NCBI GenBank assembly: GCA_946965045.2
Contig: OX337229.1
Coordinates: 1,178,001-1,242,000, forward strand
Direction: 5' to 3'
DNA length: 64,000 bases
Origin: Epithemia pelagica
Lineage: Eukaryota; Protista; Bacillariophyta
Below are positions 33,259-42,452 of the stretch, piece by piece; position 1 is the first letter of the stretch, and each line of letters begins with the position of its first letter. Under the pieces are notes generated by a model. The model searched no databases, was not told the DNA's origin, and worked only from the letters and a program-made list of their open reading frames with translations. The translations under genes and the position numbers were made by a program.

Positions 33259-36200
33259 TTAGGAGAGTGAAACAGTCCTGCTGATAACAGGACGCCAGGT
33301 GTTAATCCAGGAGCGAAGCAGAAACGAGGAAGTTTCCGCTTCGAAGTGGGCATCGGTAGAAGAGTAGAAAATATCACGATAAGCCACGGGAACTTGATGT
33401 TGTAGATCATAAAGAGCACAGACTTCGCGTTGAGCTTGAGCGTAGGCAGCTGCTTCAATAGTAGGTGGTGTATTGCCATGGACGTCTTGGTTCCGAGTTA
33501 TCCAAAGAGTGTGAATATGTTTCCACATGATTTTTATTGAGCCTGTGACAAAGTGTGTGCCAGAGATCGAGCGTTTAGCAAGGTTCCGTTGAGAAAGATA
33601 TGAATCTTGAAGTCGACTCCACAACCGCGAGAAGCGTCCGAGGAAAAGTTGCTCAAAGCCAATAAGTCGTTGGTTAGTGATAAGGGTGCGATAAAGATCG
33701 GGAAAAGTAGGGAACACAGGTGGAAGATTTGCAAGCCAAGAATGGATCATTTCGGTCAGAATCAAGGACAAGTTAGGATCAAGGTGCTGATGTCGCCAAA
33801 ATTGTTGTAGTTCGGTAATCATAGAACCTTTCCATTGACGGTGAGGACAGCGGAGAAAGTGCGTTCGAGTCTCAACAACAGGTGGAGTGCAAAGAGGACA
33901 CGTTTCCGAGTAAAAAACTGCATAACGTGAGCGCAGGTATCCAAGGGGAAGCCAGTCATGGATGAGTTTTATCAAAAAATGGCGCCGGGCGAAAGAGGCT
34001 TTGATGACGCGGCCATGGGCAGGCCAATCGATTGAGTCATACACCGAGAGAGGCCAGTCGTACTTGTTTGTAAGGTAATCCCGAAGAGTGGTCCATGTAG
34101 CAAGATACCGTAGGGTACCACGGTAGTTTGAGTGAACAGTACCGAGTGGTGTGTGGAGCATGGCGTGGCTGCCTGAAATGAGAGGAGCATGTGTGGATGA
34201 GATTGAAGCTGGGTACTCGTAATCTTCAGCAAGACGGTCTGCATCGACATTAAGTTGGGCTGGGAGTAGGAGTGTCTCATAAGATCTGGTTCTGTCTTGG
34301 TGTCCACGTACATGAAAAAACTGTGGAATCACAGGAAATTGGCGGAGGGTGTACGTGATGGATTGTTGGATATCCCAATCTGCTTCCATAGTCGAGTATG
34401 GGAAATCGTATGCCCATTCGAGACGTTTCTTGACAGTTTGAATTAGACTTTTCGAGTCTGTATAAAGAAGAAGTTGGGACTGGAGGTGGAGACCGAGAAA
34501 CTTTGTGATGTGAAAAATGCTTCGTAGAATCGCAAGCATACCATAACTCTCAGAGCGAAAAGACGAGGTTCTGTACCCGGGAGCCGGACCGCGAAGATGG
34601 AACAGGCGTTGACCATGAGGAGTGCTGCAGATGGAGCCAAACTTGCCGGTGAAAAGAGCAGCTGAGCCGTCACTACAGAAGAGAAGGCGGTGTGTTGTTT
34701 GGAAAACATGATGTATCGCAGCAGTCGGACAAAGAAAGTCAAGTTGGGAGAGAAGCTGTTGGTCCCATCTGGCAAGACTAGCTGTGTACTCAAGAAATGA
34801 GTTCGGAGAAGATGGTGTGGGAGGCAGTTGCTGTGGGCGGCATGGTGACAAGAAGAATCCAGGGCCATTTTGAATCACATGAGCGGGAACAGCAGTGGGG
34901 GGAGGTTTCGGCGACATTTGAGACGTAGGAAGAAATAACGGATGTTGATACCAGTAATGGCGGTACCCTTCCTGTTCAGAGACGTAAAGTGTGCAGCTGG
35001 GGCAGTCAACCAAGTATTTCCAATGGCGGTATGTTTCATGGCCTGGAACGAGCCATCGACCAAGGGGAGTCGCTAGAAGAAATGGAGAGTTTGGTTGTCG
35101 AAGAAGTTCCAGCAATTTGTGCCATTGATTCCACGCTCGAGAGCTGGGCTTTGTTTGATACGGAATCAAGCCGTGATGGGTTGAAAAGTTATCGTGACGA
35201 TATTCTGTGGTGAATAGTGACAGTTTCTTGCCATCAGGAGTAACTATATCACTGAGTAAGGTGACACCCAGGTACATGCGACAAGCGTTCAGCATCTGGA
35301 GTTCCATCGGGGTAAGAGTCATTGACTCGAGTACAAGATCCATCAGGAATCGGTCGTTCTCTCGTTGAAGTTTGGGGAGGAACGTAGCTTCGAGTTCGAT
35401 GTGGCAGTTTGTTGAGTGAAGGAACTGTCGTACTTGGGGGATCCATTTCATCGGTGCAAGATATGGTATCGGAGTTGAAACGTCCTCGAAAACAGACACG
35501 CTAGTACCAGCAAGAAACTGTGCCCAAGAGATAGCGATATTGGCTAGCTTGGCAGGGACGCCAGGAGAGCGAAGACATGCCAGTAGAAGATAGGTCTGGG
35601 AGATTCCCCTTTCGACAGAGAGTGTACGAAGTCCAAGGCCTCCAAGATCACTGGGTCCGTAGACAATGGCATTTGGCATATGTCGATTGAAGCCGTATTT
35701 GGGTAAAAAGGCTTTTTTGAATTGCACTTGCAAAGCATTACAATGTGCATCGGACAGAGTGGAAGAAGGAAGTGGGTAGCATATGCTCGGTAAGTAAATT
35801 GCATGATAGTAAGCCCAAGCGTCGGTTCTCGAAAACGGACTACTAGCCATGACTGAAGCATGTTTTTGATTCTTCTTGGCAAGGGCAAGGAACAGACCTT
35901 TATCCGTACAGAAAGGCGATTTTTGCACGCCCAATGTTTTGTGGCTGCGATACGAAGAAAGTTGTTTAATGGGAGTAGCCTGATCAGAGTCGTGGAACTT
36001 GATGGTAATCCTTGGTCCGAAGGAGTCGGGTTGGAGTGTTGCAAGTCCGTCGACGTTGAACGTATAATAGAGAAAGTGATAGGAACATTTCTCGACATTA
36101 AGAGCACCGCCGGATAGGCTGAGTAGATCGTTCCATCGCTGAGCGTCGCTTTGAGCTTTTTCGATATAGTGCTCAGGTGGTGCTTGACTGTCTCGCAGAA

Positions 36201-39200
36201 AATCGTTCACGCTTCCACTGGTGTCGTCTACGAATCCGATCATGTGGATTGCAGTTGAGACAGAACCATCGGGGCTATGAAAAACGCTGCCATTTGCTTT
36301 TTCGTCGTAGGTGTCGAAGAGAATTGTCGAGATGACACACCAAATAGCTGGAGAGTTTCCTGCTCCTTGCCCAGACCCGTAGATTGGAAAAAGTTGGCAG
36401 TGTTGGTAGTGGCGTTCTGATACGCCGAGTTTGGTTTTGAGATAATATTTCGCTTCCTCTAGTGTTTTAGCGTTGACAAACACAATAGAGCGATGTTGAC
36501 CGAAGCTTCTAGAAGCGAGACTACCGAAGGAAAGGACAATGCGGTCATAACACGCCGTCGCGTCGTAGTTGAGATGAACCAATGGGCGTTTGCTAGCCCG
36601 TGATATTTCGTATTGTAGTTCTTCGCATAGTGTTGGAATGACGGCATCACGTCCTGGAACTCCTCCAAATTGCATTGGGTGCAATGTCCGTTGATTGGTG
36701 CCTAATTGGATGAGTTGCCTCCATTTGATCGCTAGGACGAGATTGTAATCTTGTTCGTAGAGATGAATGACACAAAGACGGTGAATACGTAGATTGTTGG
36801 GCTCTTTTAGGATCATCACATTGACGATGTGCTTCCATCTTTCGTAGGAGTAGTTGTTGACGAGAGCACAGTTTATAAGGCCGACTTGCCATTCGATCAA
36901 AGCTTCTCGTTTTGCTTCTACTTCTTGTCCTTCTTCGGTTGCCGTATCAAGATCATGAGGGGCAACTAGTGCTTTGCTGTGCCCTAAATGGAAACCGGAT
37001 GGTGAGGTAGTTGTTGATTCAGGCCATATTTTGATTTTGCTCATCCACTCTTCTTTGGTGATCGGAGCTGGAATCGCGTCGAGAGTCACTCGTGCCTTCA
37101 TGTGATCTATGAGCGACTGTTGCATTTCGTCAAGTTCTTCGCTTTGCCAGTCACCTTCAAGTATAAGCTCAGCTGTGTGTGTTGAGGCTCCCCAGTCACA
37201 CCATTCGGAGAAGGGTGGCTTCGTGGGGAAGGTGTTATGGGCTTGTCCAAAGTGTCGTCTGTTTCTTGTCAACAATCTATCCTCGATTTCTTCAGGAGTA
37301 TCAATTGTCAGCCATTCCGTGCACCCTGTGTAATCTGTCGTAGTGGGATCAGCTGGGACATCTAGTCGAGTGATTCCGGTCTTCAAATTGCTTCTACATT
37401 GCCTCAATTTCGCATACATGGCTTTGGTACGCTCTGCAGCCATTCGGTGTTTAAGCGCTTTTGATTGTTGTTTGTTACCAGAGGCAATGGCTTGGTTAAG
37501 CTCTGCTTGTAATGCGTTGTGCCGGTGATGAACTGCGTCCTTAGTCATTTCCCGGATTTGGCGTTGGACAATCCGACATTCTTGTTGGCATGCTTCTAAT
37601 GTTGTTGGGACGTTCACAACTGACTGGTTTTGTGTTGTGTATAAAATTCCAGAGTCGAATGACTTGTTCCATTTTGCAGCAGAAATCAGTTTGAGAAGCA
37701 GGTTTTTGCGATTTCTCAAGCTAGCCAGCTGTTTCACGAAAGGAATGCTGCGTGGTTTTTTTGCGCACTTGCGACTTGCGTGTTCTCCAGCTCTCTGGAA
37801 GTCTCTGTCCAGTCTTTCGGCCAATCGCGCGTTCCAATTTTCCTTGAGAGAGTCGAGTCTGCTAGCGAAGTTATGTTGTACGCAGAACTTGTACTTCTGT
37901 TCGATATAAACTCTGTTCGAGCTCCTGTCTTTACTCGTGAAGTCTCGGCTGGCAATCGGACCAAGTTGTTGGGTACTATTCCCGAATAGTCGCTCGATAT
38001 TGAAGTCAATGACCATATTCCGGTGGTCGTTTGGTATGTCTCGGTGTTTGAAGGGTTCATAGCAAGCTTTTGTGACTGCGGTGGAAACGTGCGGTGTACA
38101 GAGAGCGTAATCGATACGTTCACGACCGTTTACGAATGTTGCAAAGGAGGTGGAGCCAAGTTGTTCTCCCATCAAGTCATGCAATTGAAGTTCAGAACAA
38201 AGTTTTGTCATGCCGTCGTTTATGTCTGACAAGGCTTCGTTGAAATCTCCTACCAGCAAAATTTCAGAGTTGCGAGCTCTGCATTGTCTGATGAAGTCAG
38301 TCAAATCCGAGATAAATGCTTCCCTTGGGTTTGCTCCTCTATTTGCTTGACGTAGCATAGACAATTGTTGCGCCGACGCTGTAAATGATCGAACTCTGTT
38401 GTTGTCTTCTTCTCCCACAGTCAATAAAGATTGACGGCATACTTGGTAGGCTGAGATAATTGTCAGTGTCTTGTTGCCGCGACATGAAAAGACTTGGTAG
38501 GACCACCGGCCCATGCTATCAGTGCCCTGAGTTGTGATTCTTCCAGTGGACTTGCCTTGTGACGCTATCAAGGTCCCGCCTGGTTTATATGGAGTATTAC
38601 GTGGGGATGGAATATTGGTACTCCCGTAACATATTCTTGAGTGCTCTGTATGTCGCTGTATTGTTGTATGGAGTGCATTTCGAACTTGGGACTGAGTTGT
38701 ATCAAGATTTGTCTCATAGAAACACCATGTATCAGCATCTAGTCGACTCAATTCTTCACAGTACTCTGCGAAAGTACCTCCGCTGTGTAACAAAGTCTTG
38801 AATCCATTAGGATTGCAACCAAAGACTCTGAAGGTATTTTGTGGTTTTATATCGTCTGTTTCTGGTCCGATGAAGTCATCTGTTTTATATTGGGTTTCGT
38901 TTCCTTGGATGTTGCTGTTCTCTGCGACGTCAACATATTCGATGTCGTTTCTTGGGTAGTCGTCACCGTTAACGCTCGTGGCGTCATCGTTGTTTGGGGT
39001 GCCTGGAATAGTAGTATGATGTTGTTGAGTTGTTGTGGGTGGTGTGGATGTATAGTCGGCTGCGACTACGCTCGAGGCGCTGTCGTTGTTTTCGATAACC
39101 TGTTCGGCTGTATTGTTTGTGGCGGCGTTGCTCGAGGCATTGCCGTTGTTCTCAGATTCCTGATCGGTTGTTATTGTGTTTTCGGCATTGCTCGAGGCGT

Positions 39201-39342
39201 CGCCGTTGTTCTCTGATTCCTGATCGGTAGTTGTTGTTGTGAAAGGATGTATGGATAGTAGTTGTACAAAAGGATGTTGTGGTAAAGTTGTTGATGTATT
39301 GTTGGTTAAATTTACAGCGCTATCCAGATTGGTCTCACTCAT
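33259..39342 (-). CDS. LINE ORF2: APE endonuclease + reverse transcriptase + RNase H + CCHC zinc knuckle (2027 aa)
   Basis: APE motifs: CNPNGF, FYETN, LVGDFNE, RIDYAL, NDHR. RT motifs: QFGGVPGR, YDATACYDRI, GQGAGNSP, FVDD, KTLGV. RNase H motifs: CSDGS, RSESYG, YTDSKS, HVRGHQD, NVDADRLA. Zinc knuckle: CPLC-x-ETRTHFLRC. Confidence 0.95.
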   Translation of the reverse strand: MSETNLDSAVNLTNNTSTTLPQHPFVQLLSIHPFTTTTTDQESENNGDASSNAENTITTDQESENNGNASSNAATNNTAEQVIENNDSASSVVAADYTSTPPTTTQQHHTTIPGTPNNDDATSVNGDDYPRNDIEYVDVAENSNIQGNETQYKTDDFIGPETDDIKPQNTFRVFGCNPNGFKTLLHSGGTFAEYCEELSRLDADTWCFYETNLDTTQSQVRNALHTTIQRHTEHSRICYGSTNIPSPRNTPYKPGGTLIASQGKSTGRITTQGTDSMGRWSYQVFSCRGNKTLTIISAYQVCRQSLLTVGEEDNNRVRSFTASAQQLSMLRQANRGANPREAFISDLTDFIRQCRARNSEILLVGDFNEALSDINDGMTKLCSELQLHDLMGEQLGSTSFATFVNGRERIDYALCTPHVSTAVTKACYEPFKHRDIPNDHRNMVIDFNIERLFGNSTQQLGPIASRDFTSKDRSSNRVYIEQKYKFCVQHNFASRLDSLKENWNARLAERLDRDFQRAGEHASRKCAKKPRSIPFVKQLASLRNRKNLLLKLISAAKWNKSFDSGILYTTQNQSVVNVPTTLEACQQECRIVQRQIREMTKDAVHHRHNALQAELNQAIASGNKQQSKALKHRMAAERTKAMYAKLRQCRSNLKTGITRLDVPADPTTTDYTGCTEWLTIDTPEEIEDRLLTRNRRHFGQAHNTFPTKPPFSEWCDWGASTHTAELILEGDWQSEELDEMQQSLIDHMKARVTLDAIPAPITKEEWMSKIKIWPESTTTSPSGFHLGHSKALVAPHDLDTATEEGQEVEAKREALIEWQVGLINCALVNNYSYERWKHIVNVMILKEPNNLRIHRLCVIHLYEQDYNLVLAIKWRQLIQLGTNQRTLHPMQFGGVPGRDAVIPTLCEELQYEISRASKRPLVHLNYDATACYDRIVLSFGSLASRSFGQHRSIVFVNAKTLEEAKYYLKTKLGVSERHYQHCQLFPIYGSGQGAGNSPAIWCVISTILFDTYDEKANGSVFHSPDGSVSTAIHMIGFVDDTSGSVNDFLRDSQAPPEHYIEKAQSDAQRWNDLLSLSGGALNVEKCSYHFLYYTFNVDGLATLQPDSFGPRITIKFHDSDQATPIKQLSSYRSHKTLGVQKSPFCTDKGLFLALAKKNQKHASVMASSPFSRTDAWAYYHAIYLPSICYPLPSSTLSDAHCNALQVQFKKAFLPKYGFNRHMPNAIVYGPSDLGGLGLRTLSVERGISQTYLLLACLRSPGVPAKLANIAISWAQFLAGTSVSVFEDVSTPIPYLAPMKWIPQVRQFLHSTNCHIELEATFLPKLQRENDRFLMDLVLESMTLTPMELQMLNACRMYLGVTLLSDIVTPDGKKLSLFTTEYRHDNFSTHHGLIPYQTKPSSRAWNQWHKLLELLRQPNSPFLLATPLGRWLVPGHETYRHWKYLVDCPSCTLYVSEQEGYRHYWYQHPLFLPTSQMSPKPPPTAVPAHVIQNGPGFFLSPCRPQQLPPTPSSPNSFLEYTASLARWDQQLLSQLDFLCPTAAIHHVFQTTHRLLFCSDGSAALFTGKFGSICSTPHGQRLFHLRGPAPGYRTSSFRSESYGMLAILRSIFHITKFLGLHLQSQLLLYTDSKSLIQTVKKRLEWAYDFPYSTMEADWDIQQSITYTLRQFPVIPQFFHVRGHQDRTRSYETLLLPAQLNVDADRLAEDYEYPASISSTHAPLISGSHAMLHTPLGTVHSNYRGTLRYLATWTTLRDYLTNKYDWPLSVYDSIDWPAHGRVIKASFARRHFLIKLIHDWLPLGYLRSRYAVFYSETCPLCTPPVVETRTHFLRCPHRQWKGSMITELQQFWRHQHLDPNLSLILTEMIHSWLANLPPVFPTFPDLYRTLITNQRLIGFEQLFLGRFSRLWSRLQDSYLSQRNLAKRSISGTHFVTGSIKIMWKHIHTLWITRNQDVHGNTPPTIEAAAYAQAQREVCALYDLQHQVPVAYRDIFYSSTDAHFEAETSSFLLRSWINTWRPVISRTVSLS
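39070..39240. repeat. Three in-frame 60-bp tandem repeat units in the ORF2 N-terminal leader
   Basis: Units start with GCTCGAGGC at 39070, 39130 and 39190 and encode TDQESENNG(D/N)ASSNA-like repeats. Confidence 0.85.
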
Positions 39343-41369
39343 GATTGCGTACTTGAGTCGGCCAAGGACTCGTCCGCGTGCAAGGAGGAGTTTGCTTGGG
39401 CCATGCTCACATCTTTTAGCGGTGTGGCCGGTTGTTCTGAGTCGTTTTCTTTACGCTTCCTGATGGCGCCTTGTTGACTCTGTTCTGTTGGGTTTGCTTG
39501 TTCTGGATATTGGTACTGGTAATTGTTTGAGTATTGGTTCTGATGGTTAATCGGTGGTTGTGCTTGATGGTGTGTAGGAGTTTGTGGGAGTGGCATCTGG
39601 TTCGGTGGGATTTGTTGGGGAGGCATCGGTGTTGTTTGGTGAGCTGGGAAGAGGTTGTGCGGTAGCTGTTGAAGCTGTTGGGGACTAATTGGGCTCATTC
39701 CGAAGGGAGGTTGTTGCTGATATGGATGGACGTAATTTGGTGGGGGCATTGGGTAATGTTGAGACATCATCACCGACATTTGTTGTTGCATGGCTTTCAT
39801 CATGGCATTCATCATCTTTTCTTGTTGCGACTCGCTCTCCTCTTCTTGTTTCGACACGAACGACTTGAATGCTTCTTTTAATTCTTTCAGTTCGGTTTTT
39901 AGTTCTATGTTTTCGGTTTTCATACGTTCATACTCTTCGTTGGTGACTTGACTGGTACTAGTCTCTGTCATGGAGGATGCGACAACTGTTTGAACCGGTG
40001 CCATTGTTTTCCATACTTGTGTTGTCGGACCAATCATTTTAGGAGGACGAGAATAAGTAGCGTTTGCTTCGTTTTGAGGATCATCTTCTCGAGCAGAATA
40101 CAGAGAATTAAGAGCCGAGACGTATGTTGCATAAGATCCGCCGTGATCTGTTGATGCGTCGTCGTTCTCACCAGTTCCTTGTTGACCATAGCTCTCGTGT
40201 CGAAACGCTAGCTTTGGTGGATTATCGTACTCCTTGAGGTTTGTGAGGTTGTGTATATGTTGTTCTTGTTGAACCAGTGAGGTCAAACTCATACGAAGAG
40301 CTCCTTTGAGCGCATCGAAATGTTCTTCCGTGGTGTGAATGTTGTGGCGGCCGAGACGGTCTGTATCTTTGTGGCCAGTGATTCTGATGACACCTTCGAA
40401 ATCTCGAGCAATCCGATCTTTGAGAGTCCACATAATACTGGGATGCACCCCTGACACTGGTACAATCCTGCTCTCGCCAAGATATGTGTTTTGGTCGATC
40501 ATGGAAGAGCTGTATACGTGCTTGTTAGTATGGCGGAACTTGTGGAATATGAACTTGGGGTCTTCTACATAAGTCTGTTGGAGCAATTCAAGCAGGTCTT
40601 TGGCGTCGTGTTGACGACACTGTAGATCGAAAGCCTTTGTCTTGTATTCATCATCTCCGTGCTTGAAGAATGGTGACGAGTAGTTGCACTTGAATTTTGG
40701 AATTTTCTTGCGCGCTTTATTCGTTTTCGCGATAATCTCGAGAATAACCGATTCAACCATTTCGTCGGCAGGAATATTACTCGGATCGTATCCGACGAAG
40801 AAACCTAAGTTTGAAATTCTGGTTTCGTTTTCGTTCCATAAATGTTGGGTCATCTTCGCTTTGCCAAGGCGCAACTTTTCGTGGACAGAATCGTGACGGC
40901 GAATTTCACTTATGGAGATTTTAGAAAGAAAGCGGTGAATCACGATGTACATTGGTTTCCGACCCTTCTTTTCATTGCCCTTGGAATAATGTAGATCGAA
41001 ATGACGTAAGTATGCAGAGACTGCCTTGAAGGATTCAAGCTTTTTCTTGTTAAGTTTTGTACCTCTGTTGTCGTAAATCTTAACTTCTGGGAACACTTGA
41101 GAAATCGAATACAAAATATCGTAATGGAGCAAGGCGATACTCTTGTTTTTATCGTCATCCGGACTAAACACGAACTTGATTGTGTACTCCTTTTCTTCGC
41201 CTTCGTAGGGGATTGGGTGATAAACAGCTGTAACGGCTGTAGCATCGTCGCTTGCATCGTGATTGTTGTTGTTATTATTATCGTTGTTATTTGTAGTGGC
41301 ATTATTGTTGGGGTTTCGTTGTTCTTCGGCCATAGGAGAGTCATAGACCGAACGGGAGGGTTCCGCCAT
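39339..41369 (-). CDS. LINE ORF1 protein (676 aa), no recognisable RRM or zinc knuckle; coiled coil and Q/P-rich tail
   Basis: Intact ORF directly upstream of ORF2; its TGA stop overlaps the ORF2 ATG (ATGA). Confidence 0.85.
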   Translation of the reverse strand: MAEPSRSVYDSPMAEEQRNPNNNATTNNNDNNNNNNHDASDDATAVTAVYHPIPYEGEEKEYTIKFVFSPDDDKNKSIALLHYDILYSISQVFPEVKIYDNRGTKLNKKKLESFKAVSAYLRHFDLHYSKGNEKKGRKPMYIVIHRFLSKISISEIRRHDSVHEKLRLGKAKMTQHLWNENETRISNLGFFVGYDPSNIPADEMVESVILEIIAKTNKARKKIPKFKCNYSSPFFKHGDDEYKTKAFDLQCRQHDAKDLLELLQQTYVEDPKFIFHKFRHTNKHVYSSSMIDQNTYLGESRIVPVSGVHPSIMWTLKDRIARDFEGVIRITGHKDTDRLGRHNIHTTEEHFDALKGALRMSLTSLVQQEQHIHNLTNLKEYDNPPKLAFRHESYGQQGTGENDDASTDHGGSYATYVSALNSLYSAREDDPQNEANATYSRPPKMIGPTTQVWKTMAPVQTVVASSMTETSTSQVTNEEYERMKTENIELKTELKELKEAFKSFVSKQEEESESQQEKMMNAMMKAMQQQMSVMMSQHYPMPPPNYVHPYQQQPPFGMSPISPQQLQQLPHNLFPAHQTTPMPPQQIPPNQMPLPQTPTHHQAQPPINHQNQYSNNYQYQYPEQANPTEQSQQGAIRKRKENDSEQPATPLKDVSMAQANSSLHADESLADSSTQS

Positions 41370-41517
41370 GGTCGACGTGGTTCGCTCACCAATGACGAGA
41401 GTACTTTCAGGTTACTTTCTGGTGAAAACTAACGCGGTAATATACGAGAAACCAGAAACTATCGGACAGAAAACGCGAGACACTACGCCTTTCAATTTCG
41501 TCTCTCCACGAAATTTA

Positions 41518-41536
41518 TATCAAAACGCGACTTTGC
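41518..41536. repeat. 19-bp direct repeat, right copy (candidate target-site duplication)
   Basis: Identical to 33093-33111. Confidence 0.85.
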
Positions 41537-41982
41537 GATTGCGCTCATTATACGCATGTGCGACCGGACCCGAAAATCGAAAGATAGCACGAGATATTTT
41601 TTACAAACCATAGCTTTTGTTTATAAGCCATTGTCTCGCAAGATGAGGAACAAACCTTGCAAACAAGCAACATCCAAACATGGATCCATATCGAATGACA
41701 ATGGGTGTACTAAAGAAGGCTACTTGGACCACGGATTGGGTTCGTGTGACCTTGGAAAAGCAAAGGCCTACAAGGTCACGACAATGGTCATGCCTGTACA
41801 TTTGCGAATATCGCGTGTTCATCGGCACTAATACCACTGTAAATCAACCCATATCCCACCTGGTATTATACAGATTCCACCAATCCCACAGCAGCACACA
41901 TGTGTGCACAACGACATTATGAGAAAACACATGGAATCATGGATACAACACAAACATGACAACCACCTCTTGGCAAATGTCC

Positions 41983-42438
41983 CTACCTAGTGTCTTGTGC
42001 ATGTGTGTGCACGTACCGTACTAAAGGTGGTCCAACTCGAAACAAAGGCATCAACACAAAGGCATCGGTAAAGTAATCTGCTTCATAAAAGTCCACGCCA
42101 CCCAAACACTTGGGATGATGATGTCCCAATCCGTTCAAGACTGCGGCAAAGAGCAAGGTCGAGACCAACAATCCGACGGCGGCACTCAAAAAACGGCAGC
42201 AAAACTGGACCGGAAAGACCAATGCAAATAATGAACCACCCAGGAATGCAAGGTAATACCCAACCACAAACAAGCACCCCCGCCATAATGCAAACAATCT
42301 GTCGGACTGTGCGACAGTCAAGATAAGGATGACTTTTTCTTGCGAATGGTATCGGGTCGACGAGTACGCCGCCATTGCAAGGACGACGATGATCGACCAA
42401 ACCCACACCATCCCAATCCACACGAGGAATTCCGACAT
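41983..42438 (-). CDS. Possible small multi-pass membrane protein
   Basis: 151-aa, strongly hydrophobic ORF with no recognisable motif; may be spurious. Confidence 0.3.
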   Translation of the reverse strand: MSEFLVWIGMVWVWSIIVVLAMAAYSSTRYHSQEKVILILTVAQSDRLFALWRGCLFVVGYYLAFLGGSLFALVFPVQFCCRFLSAAVGLLVSTLLFAAVLNGLGHHHPKCLGGVDFYEADYFTDAFVLMPLFRVGPPLVRYVHTHAQDTR

Positions 42439-42452
42439 CGTGTGTCGGGTCT

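Larger units (their letters stand above)
33112..41517 (-). mobile_element. Apparently full-length non-LTR retrotransposon (LINE), Ambal-like (ORF1 + APE-RT-RNase H), ~8.4 kb
   Basis: Two intact ORFs, a ~148-nt 5' UTR and a ~147-nt 3' UTR, bounded by a 19-bp direct repeat. Clade name is inferred from the diatom host and the APE-RT-RNH architecture. Confidence 0.9.
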
